DNA of 62,113 nt, the filler included, from Malassezia furfur (taxonomy: Eukaryota): the NCBI GenBank assembly GCA_052055015.1. It is 7 parts of 7 records of this genome, joined end to end, with 100 filler letters (N's around TTAATTAATTAA, not from the genome) between each part and the next. Parts side by side here need not be neighbours in the genome. Positions count along the whole stretch, not along the records: positions 9,012 to 17,880 come from JBQJIT010000446.1; positions 17,981 to 26,794 come from JBQJIT010000447.1; 5 more parts are not named here. The stretch is one strand, 5' to 3'. The notes under the pieces were generated by a model. It searched no databases, was not told where the DNA came from, and worked only from the letters and a program-made list of their open reading frames with translations. Made by a program: the position numbers and the translations under genes. Below are positions 10,298 through 19,160 of the stretch, piece by piece. Numbering within the stretch: the first letter of the stretch is position 1; each line of letters opens with the position of its first letter.

Positions 10298-11806
10298 CTA
10301 TACACGTGGGGATGCGCTCTTGGGCTCCTCCTCCTCCTCCTCGACCGTCGCAGCAGGCAGCGGCTCGCCGTGCGGCGACGGATTCGTGCTGAGCTCCGCG
10401 GGGTCCAGCGGCTGCTCGTGCGCCGAGGCGGCCATCGCCTGCTCCTGCGCGAGCTGCGCGGTGGTAAAGCCGTCCTGCGGGCCGAGGCGCCCGGTCTGCG
10501 CGCGCCGCTGTGAACGGAACTGCTTCTCGCGCCACCACCACGCGCGCGCGTGCGTCAGATCGTGCACCTCGGGCTTCCCGAGGCCGTCCAGGGGCATGCC
10601 GCTGCCAGACAGGCCGACCCGCCGCATCTTGGCGAGCTGGTGGATGCCGTTCAGCGACACGACCAGCGCCAGCAGCGTCGAGGCACCAACCGTCACATAG
10701 AAGGCGTACGGGTGCGTCTCGAGACCCGACACCAGGTTCATGCCAAACAGGCCCGCGATGAACGTCGCCATGGTGAAGCCGAGCGTGATGATGCCGATGC
10801 GCAGCTCCATCGACAGGATGCGATTCCGGTTGCTGTCGAGCATGAGCTCGGCAATCTCCTGCGTGTTGTTCACATTCGCGTACATGCTGTCGATCTCCGC
10901 AACCACCTCCTCGACCTGCTTCTCAAAGCTCTCGAGGAGCAGCTCGAGCTCCTCCATGTTGCTCTTGGCGTCCCGCGGATGGCCCTCCTTGGCCGCGGTC
11001 AGGTACATCAGCGCCATGTCTTCGTCGTTGTCCAGCACCTCGGTGACCGCCGTCTTGATGCTGCGCGAGCGGCTCAGAAAGCCGTGCAGCTTGCGTGAAA
11101 TTTGCAGTAGCATCCGTAGCTTCTCGCGGTCAATGTCGTCCTCCAACGTCTCGAGGACGTCTTCAACCACGAGCCGCAGCCAGCTCAGCTCCGAGCGCAG
11201 CGCATCTAGTACCGACGAAAAGATGGACTCCAGCGCACGGAACTCGTACGGGAGCTTGGACGAGCTGAGCCGCAGGTTGTACTCGAGGTTGTACACAAAC
11301 GCCGAGTTGAGCCGCGTGTCGTTGTTCCCGTAGCTGTCGAAGAGCAGCACGGCATCCGATTTGACCATCGCTCGGATGTGCAGAATGTTGATCAGGATCC
11401 CGCTCCGCCGCGCCAGGATCGTCGGCACCAAATTCGGCACACGCGAGTCAATCTTGCGAAGGTCGCGCGGCTCTAAGCCGTGGTGCGCACACAGATCCGA
11501 CTTGCGAAACAAACCGGAAATCGACTTGACCTGCCCTTTGGAATCAAGAATCGTACACCGCAGCAGGATGTGTGGGGAGAGCTGGGCGGACCCCATCGTC
11601 GACAGTGGGGGTTCCTGCGTCTGTGCAGAAGAAGAGGACGCATTGTCAGAAGGCTTGGCCGCGCCGCTCGCATATGCACGCGGCGCACATCCGCGAAGCG
11701 GCGGCACAGGGAGTCGTTCTATCGGCGTGTGCCGCGCACGGCACACCTGTGTCATGGGCTGCACCGTGCGCACCGTGCGCAGGCATCCCACAAGCCACCC
11801 CGACAT
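10298..11806 (-). CDS. MRS2: Mitochondrial CorA-family Mg2+ channel (Mrs2/Lpe10)
   Basis: GLEPRDLRKID, LPYEFRALE, LDSNRN and GLFGMNL (GMN motif) with two TM segments. Start codon is approximate. Confidence 0.88.
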   Translation of the reverse strand: MSGWLVGCLRTVRTVQPMTQVCRARHTPIERLPVPPLRGCAPRAYASGAAKPSDNASSSSAQTQEPPLSTMGSAQLSPHILLRCTILDSKGQVKSISGLFRKSDLCAHHGLEPRDLRKIDSRVPNLVPTILARRSGILINILHIRAMVKSDAVLLFDSYGNNDTRLNSAFVYNLEYNLRLSSSKLPYEFRALESIFSSVLDALRSELSWLRLVVEDVLETLEDDIDREKLRMLLQISRKLHGFLSRSRSIKTAVTEVLDNDEDMALMYLTAAKEGHPRDAKSNMEELELLLESFEKQVEEVVAEIDSMYANVNNTQEIAELMLDSNRNRILSMELRIGIITLGFTMATFIAGLFGMNLVSGLETHPYAFYVTVGASTLLALVVSLNGIHQLAKMRRVGLSGSGMPLDGLGKPEVHDLTHARAWWWREKQFRSQRRAQTGRLGPQDGFTTAQLAQEQAMAASAHEQPLDPAELSTNPSPHGEPLPAATVEEEEEEPKSASPRV

Positions 11807-11855
11807 GCTCGGTCGGATGGTGGAGGTAGGGCTTTTTCCACGTGCCCACGTCACG

Positions 11856-12723
11856 ATGACGCGCGGCGCGGCCGTCGACGGCGCCGAGGACGAGGGGCAC
11901 TTGCGCACGGTCGCGTGGGTCCCACTGGATCCGGACCTGCCTCGCGAGCTCGCTGTGCGCACCAGCGCCGACCTCACGCAGCGTACGTGGCCCCACTGAC
12001 GCCCAGGCATCACGCGCCAGGGTACCCCAGAAATCGAAGAGGCCCTCGCGCACGGCCGTGCAGTGCCGTGGCGCATTTCAAACGCATACTACGATGCAGA
12101 CGTGTTTATCCGGCTCGGGTCCTATGCGGACCTGAAGGGGGCACCGGCCGTGCTTCTTTTGGTCCGGCGCGACGCGGTAGGTCTGTGCACTGATACAGAC
12201 GGTACAGCAGCACCAGCAGTTCCTGGCGCATTTCGGCGTGTCTGGGTTCACGCTCGAAGTGTCGCTCGTGGTCGGCGTACCTACAGATAAGACATGCGCA
12301 GCGCTCCCTCGGAACGACGTCGACGAGGTGTATGCCCTCGACGGATGGGAATATTTGGACCTCGCCGTCGAGGGCGACGAACAGTACGAGGACCGCATTC
12401 GCGACGCACTCATGCTTCATACGTGGAAGGGGATGCAGATACATGGGCAACCCGGCTTTGATCCGCACGTCGAAGAAGAGGACACGGACGAGTTCTCCGA
12501 GTTTGTCGAGGCGCCGTCGGCGGACATGCCCACCCCCGACGAGATCGACGCCATGCGAGCACGCACAGGCCTGAACAATACACTGGGAATGAATACGGGC
12601 CCGGTCGTTTTTGACCGGCTGCGCGTCGAAATGGAGCGCATCCGCGCACTTCCCGCGGGGCCAGAAAAAGAACGCCAGGCGGCTGTGGTCGCGTTGGCGG
12701 TCGAACAGGCTTTGACGGAGTGA
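11856..12723 (+). CDS. Alpha/gamma-adaptin-binding protein p34 (Irc6/AAGAB-like); introns 11983-12006 and 12177-12198
   Basis: PWRISNAYYDADV, GWEYLDL, RIRDALMLHTW and a C-terminal helical domain; splicing joins three ORF pieces. Confidence 0.7.
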
Positions 12724-12955
12724 TGCTTTTCATGCCGATCCTTTGGTATAGATGTGTCGTAATGTCCCTGGATCAATGTAGAACCCCGGTGCAGATGGAA
12801 CGGTGGTGTTGCAGTGCATTGCGCACGACGGATCAGACGATCACGGAGCGCGAACGAGACGCATTCGACTCAAAAGCACTTGTAAGACCGCCAAGGGCAT
12901 GCCGAGGCATCAAGCGGGGCACAGGTTGCATGCATAGCCATACATATCTACAGCT

Positions 12956-13768
12956 CTAGGATTTTTCGGAAGGAATGCAGTACTGCTTGTTCCAATACAC
13001 AAGTGGTCTCTCAGGGCGTTCAGGATCGACGCCATGTCCCAATTCGACGGCGTGGATCTGTGCAATAAACAAGATGCTTCCAGGCTCGTGCGCGTGTTCA
13101 TGCATCTCAAAGTGCGTCGTGCCGTGAAGGTCAGGACTGGTCAGATCCAGTTGGTATACCAGGCTGCACGCCATCGTACCCAGCGCCTCCCGAAGCACAA
13201 TCTGGCCCTCGACGGTCTCGGATGGCTGGATCGGATGCTTTTCGAAGGGATGGTCCTCCTGGATCACGTCCGAGGCCAGTTCATATGGCTGAGCCCCGGG
13301 CTGGGCAAAGTAGTCGGAAATGGACGACTGGTGCGAGGACAAGAGATGTACCAAGAAATGCGGCCGCTTAGACTTGTGCCGTGTCCCGTTGGACAACGCC
13401 TTGGAATTTTGGTCGTGTTCGAGCACCGCTGCACCATCACGGAGCGAGTCGGCAATGCGACTTGGTTGACGGATGCTAAACGCAACGAGCGGGGGCGCAA
13501 GACACACGGTCGTAAAAGAAGAAAGGGTCGCGGCGTGCAAAAAGCGCGGCATGTCATGACCACTATCCTCGGGGAGAAAGGCGGACACAATGGCCACAGA
13601 CTGCGCACTTCCGCGCATAAGTTTCTTGATGGACTCGCTTAGCCGCGAAGCATCTTGGTCAGGTTGGGATGAATAGTAACGCAACCCAGCCAGTGCTCGC
13701 CAAGCTGGACCGCTTGTACCCAGAAGCCCTGCTTTGTGTCTTAGGGTACTTGGAAGGCGTGTGAGCAT
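12956..13768 (-). CDS. Flavin reductase-like domain protein, probably mitochondrial
   Basis: LMRGSAQSVAIV, ATLSSFTTVCLAPPLVAFSI, PLVYWNKQY; Arg-rich presequence. Confidence 0.8.
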   Translation of the reverse strand: MLTRLPSTLRHKAGLLGTSGPAWRALAGLRYYSSQPDQDASRLSESIKKLMRGSAQSVAIVSAFLPEDSGHDMPRFLHAATLSSFTTVCLAPPLVAFSIRQPSRIADSLRDGAAVLEHDQNSKALSNGTRHKSKRPHFLVHLLSSHQSSISDYFAQPGAQPYELASDVIQEDHPFEKHPIQPSETVEGQIVLREALGTMACSLVYQLDLTSPDLHGTTHFEMHEHAHEPGSILFIAQIHAVELGHGVDPERPERPLVYWNKQYCIPSEKS

Positions 13769-13865
13769 CAAACCTGTCTCGAGAAGTCTGGCACTCCGAA
13801 GCGTCGCTGCCAAGCGCGAACGAATGCGTAGGGATGAGGTTTATGGAATTAAATAGCTGTGGAGA

Positions 13866-14108
13866 AATGTGCCCCCCGTATCTGTGCACGCACTCTTGGA
13901 GTTTCGCAGGAACAGCAGAACTGCTCGCGAGGCGGCTCTACGAGAAGGGGCCGGGCTCGCTCTTGGTCGGTATACATCATAGGCACCAACGTGATGGATG
14001 AAGTATACGTGACCGGATCATTCCTGACGTATACCTCATGAAGGGAAAGTCAGACAGCTAGGACCGTTCCCAGCACGGTCCAGTGGGGGGGGCGGGAATG
14101 TCACATTC
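13866..14108. ncRNA. Candidate structured non-coding RNA, family unassigned
   Basis: Several hairpins plus complementary ends (GCCCCCC/GGGGGGC) in an unusually long intergenic space. Confidence 0.35.
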
Positions 14109-14155
14109 ATGTTTGTTCGTAAAGAGCGCAGGGTATGTAGATCGCGATTCTGGCA

Positions 14156-14732
14156 TTATGCAGTAGCAGACGTCCATCCCGCGATCATCTCAATTTGGTG
14201 GTCAAACTTTTTGCTGGTAATGGTCTTGGCGTCGGTTTCCGCACTAGGTGCAATACTGGGCGGGTCCCCGTTGCCAAAGACATTGCTTCCAGGAAGATCG
14301 CCGGGATGCACGCTGACGAACGGGTCGGAGACGTAATTCACATAGACCAGCCGAATTGCTCGGAAAAGAGTCTGGACGTCGCTGTCTTGGACCGGGTCGT
14401 CATTCAACTGCAGCATGAGTAGGAACTTGACATTCGTATGTGTCATATATCCGTAACTGGTATAAGCAATCAGAACATACATCATCGTATCTTCAATTGT
14501 GGTGAGGAGGCCAAGGTAGGGCTGAGCATGCTGGGTGGCTTCGGTCAGCCTAATCACCGTACCTCGCTCCTCGACAACATCCAATGCGCTGTGGGCCAGA
14601 AAATAATATTTTGTGCTAGCAGAATCTTCATCTGGAGAGACACGCAGATAGATGGGTAAATTCCGCGCGTTCAGTACGGCGATGCATTGCTGGGTAAGAA
14701 TCGTCGCTGCATACCACACGACTTAACGACAT
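14156..14732 (-). CDS. Sedlin-family TRAPP subunit (TRAPPC2L/Tca17-like); introns 14690-14714, 14539-14562, 14457-14480
   Basis: CIAVLNARNLPIYLR, LAHSALDVVEER, YLGLL, YGYMTHTNVKF, YVSDPF. Confidence 0.85.
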
Positions 14733-14841
14733 CGTAAGGGCGTGGGGAACTTCCGCTGTGGAGCCGTATCCCCATCACGTGGAGATTAGTCAACCTCGGC
14801 GGGCCGTCGTGCGTACCTACTTCATCCCATCCATATTCACA

Positions 14842-15198
14842 ATGACTTGGGCACGGCGACGCCTTGGGCTTTTGTCGCGCCTGCGGTTCAGGAAGTCATT
14901 AGAGTCGACGTTCTTTGTCACCACATTCGTGGCAGCCCTTCTGACTGTATCGGTATCCGCATCAACGATGCTGCCGTGTCCCGCGAACTCGCACGGCTCC
15001 CTCGCAAGCAACATGGGCAATGGTGTGCGCAATGCATTGTCCGAGGAACGGCCGAATCAAAACCAGTCCAACGGTGTTGACCGTGAAAGCCTTCCTGTCC
15101 GCGGTCTTGGACAGCGAGCCTATCTCACTAAGAAGAACGGTTGGATCGAAATCGACGAGCAACCATCACTTTTCTCGTGGCGGCGATGGACATCATGA
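14842..15198 (+). CDS. COA2: Cytochrome c oxidase assembly factor Coa2-like protein
   Basis: Basic N-terminus, hydrophobic STFFVTTFVAALLTV segment followed by LPCPA, as in fungal Coa2. Confidence 0.65.
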   Translation: MTWARRRLGLLSRLRFRKSLESTFFVTTFVAALLTVSVSASTMLPCPANSHGSLASNMGNGVRNALSEERPNQNQSNGVDRESLPVRGLGQRAYLTKKNGWIEIDEQPSLFSWRRWTS

Positions 15199-15359
15199 TT
15201 CTTATGCCAAGCGCTCGTCGCACTTGTTTGGCTTCACAAGGCACCACATTCAACTTGTGTGCCCAAGAGTCACCTATGTATAGCAGCACCGTCTGATGAC
15301 AAACCTATCATCTATACCGTCATCCGTAATGTAGACAGCCACAATGTATACCCAATCGG

Positions 15360-16000
15360 ATTTTGCCCAGTTCAAATTCAGACCGGCCAAACAAGGTGAA
15401 ACAGAAATACTAGAGAACTCTTCTGAACTCATAAACTAAATTTCCATTTATTTATATAAACAGAATAACTTGTTTTAAAACAAACAAATGATTTTTATAA
15501 GAATTAAAAGTATATAGTTACAATGTTAAATACACGTATGTTAAACGTCATAGTACTATAAATTATAATATATTATAAACAAATCCGTATATTAATATTT
15601 ATAAAAATGATTCACAATAATAAGTTATAATTATGTATGTTATTATAGATCAAATCGTTTTAAGTTTTAATTTTTTCAACTCATTTAGCTTTATTACAAG
15701 AATAATTAAATATATGTTCTTTTATATGTTGTGTTGATGGCTTTTAGTTTAAATTTGTAAAATTTAATATTATTATTTTTGTGTTAGTTTAATTTTTTAA
15801 GTAATCGTTTATTGGCTTTTATTCTTGTATCGAATTAAAAACGCTTCAGTTTTATTTGGCTTTTCGTTTTGGAAGTTCGTAACAATTGCCAAGTGTGTTT
15901 CCTGTTAAGTTTGCTTTAGTCATTTCCCGTTGAATCCCAGTTTTGCGAACTCACTACGTATGTAATACAAGACCTCGAAACAGTTGAATAATAATAGTAT
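15360..16000. other. AT-rich island: candidate centromere core
   Basis: No ORF in the supplied track. Only 9 of 60 bases are G/C in 15541-15600, against a GC-rich background; flanking genes also look less GC-rich. Fits the short AT-rich regional centromeres described for Malassezia. Confidence 0.8.
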
Positions 16001-16028
16001 GCGTTATGTATGATCGTGTTCTCTCTCG

Positions 16029-17462
16029 TTAGATTGCGACGTTGTCGCAGCTGAAAGCGGGACGTGTACCACCAGAGTAGTCATCGATGATAGCCTCCAC
16101 TGCAGCATACAGACCTGGTCCCAGAAGGAACAGGCCGCAGCCAAGGATGATGACATGAGCGATGGACATGGTCGTTCGGCTAAGCCCCTGGAAGTACTTT
16201 CCTCGGTAGATCTGCCAGTAGGCGGCAGAGTAAAAGATGAATCCGAAGAAAGAGTCGAACGCAGCACCGATCAGGGAGAGGAAATCGCCCATGCTGGGGA
16301 TGACTTCGGCAAAGATGAATGCCAAGACCCAGATGCCTGACATGATACCGACCCAGACACCCCAGCCGATGAAGGTGTTGCTGTGCGCATGCCTGGAGTC
16401 ACCCATGGCACGGGAGTAGACAAACTTGGCACTAACATTGGCATAGATGGCCCCGATGATGATCGTAGGAACAATCACAAAGGCAAACGATCCCTTCTTG
16501 TACGCGTCCGTGCCGAGACTGCCAAAGGCAGGGGCGGTGGAGTATTGGCCCAGGTAGTAGAAACCGATCGACGGAGGAACAATGAACAGGAAAACAGACA
16601 GCGCCGTAAGCACGGTGAGTGCTTTCGGGAAGTCTTGCGGGCGGCGCATCTCGCCGATAAACGTCGGGAAAAGAATTTGCGGCACCCACAGGAACGTGAT
16701 GTTGAGTACGGCGTTCATCGCATCGACCCACGATGTGCCTTCGAGAGGGAAAGCGTACGTCTTGACCAGGCCAAGGTCCGGATCCGGGTATACCTTCGAG
16801 TTGGCGCTCAGAGGATGGTCCTCAATGCCCGCGAAGATCATAAAAAGCAAGATGGCAATGGCCATGCAGAAGGCCGATGCCATCGACATGAATGAGACAT
16901 GGTGCAAAGTTCTGGGGAGGGAGAACACGATGCCCATGATCAGGCCAAACACATTGAACACCACCGTGCACAGCGAGTGATCCGAGAGAGTGTTGAGGAT
17001 GCGTGCGGCCGTCAGGATGTGGAAACCGATAAGGAGAATGTTGTTGGCCATTAGCATGAAGCCGGTGAAGACGTAGGCGGTCCGGCTGTGACCGAATGCG
17101 TAGTACCCGAAGTCGCAAATGTCACGGATATCCGGGTGTCTCATGATGAACTTGTGCATGGTCATCGACGTGATGTAGAATAAGATGCCTGCCACGACCA
17201 TCGTGATGATGCCCGGCACCCAGCCGAGTACGGACAGAGACCATGTCTGAGCCATGACGGCAAGGCACACCTGCTCGCCCGCAAGGAGCCAGGCGGCCTT
17301 TTGCCAAGACATGGTGCGTAGCTTGATTTCATGCCCCTCCTCTTGGGCGACGAGTGCCAAAATTCGCGCATCGTGGTTATCTTCGCTGCCCTCGCTGATT
17401 TTCTCGTCCACGAATGGCTCGTCTGGTAATGTTCGCTCGTCGACGTATCCTATTGTCGCCAT
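16029..17462 (-). CDS. Amino acid permease, AAAP/Aa_trans family (Mtr-like)
   Basis: Intronless, about 11 TM segments; LRTMSWQKAAWLL, DICDFG, SLPRTL, EMRRPQDFPKAL. Confidence 0.9.
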   Translation of the reverse strand: MATIGYVDERTLPDEPFVDEKISEGSEDNHDARILALVAQEEGHEIKLRTMSWQKAAWLLAGEQVCLAVMAQTWSLSVLGWVPGIITMVVAGILFYITSMTMHKFIMRHPDIRDICDFGYYAFGHSRTAYVFTGFMLMANNILLIGFHILTAARILNTLSDHSLCTVVFNVFGLIMGIVFSLPRTLHHVSFMSMASAFCMAIAILLFMIFAGIEDHPLSANSKVYPDPDLGLVKTYAFPLEGTSWVDAMNAVLNITFLWVPQILFPTFIGEMRRPQDFPKALTVLTALSVFLFIVPPSIGFYYLGQYSTAPAFGSLGTDAYKKGSFAFVIVPTIIIGAIYANVSAKFVYSRAMGDSRHAHSNTFIGWGVWVGIMSGIWVLAFIFAEVIPSMGDFLSLIGAAFDSFFGFIFYSAAYWQIYRGKYFQGLSRTTMSIAHVIILGCGLFLLGPGLYAAVEAIIDDYSGGTRPAFSCDNVAI

Positions 17463-17698
17463 GCTGGGAAGAAAATATGAAAGTGGTGTGCGTAAGAGGC
17501 AAAGACGACGACGGTACGGGGGGAATCAAGATCACCCGCAGACCGTATAAAGCTCAGTAAAAGCCGCGGAAAAGCACGCCATGTGTGGAGGCCCGCCCTA
17601 ATTCCCACCGAGGGGCCAAGATGTCGAGGCGCATCGCCGGCGTTTCCAAAGTGCTTGCACCAAAACAGGCCAATCAGCGCGGGGGATTCGGCAGCGCG

Positions 17699-17822
17699 CG
17701 ATATCCTCCCAAAACGCCTTGCAATATCGTGCGGAGATAGGTACGACACTATCTGGGTGTCTATCAGGCCAAGAAGTATCAGGGAATTGATAGTATGGGG
17801 TTACGATACTGTGTGCTGATAC
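17699..17822. promoter_or_regulatory. Cluster of GATA-factor sites upstream of the permease
   Basis: HGATAR at 17735, 17749 (reverse), 17761 (reverse) and 17788, plus about five more GATA cores within 125 bp. Confidence 0.55.
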
Positions 17823-17880
17823 CGTCACAGGTTTGGCGACACCTTGGCACTCGGGGCGGCTCCTCGCGCGCGTGGGGGGG

Positions 17881-17980
17881 NNNNNNNNNNNNNNNNNNNN
17901 NNNNNNNNNNNNNNNNNNNNNNNNTTAATTAATTAANNNNNNNNNNNNNNNNNNNNNNNNNNNNNNNNNNNNNNNNNNNN
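17881..17980. other. Artificial contig linker
   Basis: N44-TTAATTAATTAA-N44. Confidence 0.98.
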
Positions 17981-19108
17981 AAACGCCAACGACCGCCGCT
18001 GGAACGGCAGCAGATGCGCATGCAATGCGCGTGGCAGCAGCGCCTCGAGCGCCGGCCACGGCAGCCGGAAGCCGGCGTTGATCAGCGCCGCAAGCAGCGC
18101 GGGCGGCTCGCTGTGCGCCGCATCGGCGCGGTGCAGCGCGCCGAGCGCGTCGGCGAGCGCGGGCGGCAGCGCCCACACGATCGTGCCCGTGCTCGGCGAG
18201 AGCGGCAAAAAGGCCAGCGTGCCCGTCGGCAGGAAGCGCTGCCACGCGCTCGTGTCGACGAGCGGCTCGGCGCTCGCGGGCGACAGGCCCGTGCGCAGCG
18301 TCGCGACGAGGCCCTTGCGGTCGTACGGCCACCCGTAGCTCTCGATCCCGGCAAACGTGCGCACGGGCGAGTTGTGCCCGTCGGCGCCGACGAGCAGGCG
18401 CGTGCGGATCGCCCGCGCCCCGGCGTCGTTCTCGAGCGAGACGACCGGCCACGCCTGCGCGTCGGCCGCGTCGATGCGCGCGACGCGCGTCTTGTCGAGG
18501 ATCTCGACACGCACGCCGCACGCGGGGTCCGCCATGTGCTGCTGCACGAGGCGGTACAGCGCCTGCTGCGCGTTCGAGATCTCGACCATCTTGGACAGCG
18601 CGCCGCTCGGCGCGGGGCCGGGGCCGAACTCGGCCGCGGCGTCCGACACGCCGTCCCACACGCGGATGCGCTCGACGTTGCGCATGCGCGACGCGTCCAG
18701 GTACGCATCGGCGCCGATCGCTGCGTCAGTGTGCGCGCGACGTACCCCGCATCCAGTCGAGGTTGTCCATGTTCATGCTGATCACGCGGTTCTCCCACTG
18801 CACGCCGTCGTCGTGCGGCGTCGCGGGGCGCGTCGCCGCGTCCTTGGCACTCTTCCACGTCGCGAAGCGCGACAGATCCATCGCGTCCACGAGCGCGACC
18901 TTGAGCGGGGGCAGCGCCCGATTCGACACTACGGTCAGCCCACGCACAACGCACCCAGACCCGCGAGCATCGCGAGACCCACCACGCCGCCGCCCACAAT
19001 CACCACGTCTGCGTCGCTCGTGGTGTGCGCATAGCGCGCCGCACGCACCGCCGTACGCACCGTCGCGGCCGCCCACCCGGCGCGGCGCACGCCGCTCCGC
19101 ACCAGCAT
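17981..19108 (-). CDS. COQ6: Ubiquinone biosynthesis monooxygenase (3' truncated); introns 18929-18954 and 18721-18745
   Basis: [50 protein letters not shown]. Confidence 0.92.
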
Positions 19109-19160
19109 CGTCGCGAAAGCTGAGTCAGCCGCGCGCGCGTCCTCCACCCTCCTCGCCGAG

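Noticed and set aside
13780..14110. Specific assignment as RNase P/MRP or telomerase RNA
   Set aside because: Only partial motif resemblance was found, with no consistent P4 order and no identifiable telomere template. Kept as an unassigned candidate.
15360..16000. AT island as a NUMT, transposon or foreign insert
   Set aside because: No ORF, tRNA/rRNA remnant, terminal repeat or target duplication was seen, and GC declines gradually into the flanks. A BLAST against mtDNA would be needed to exclude it fully.
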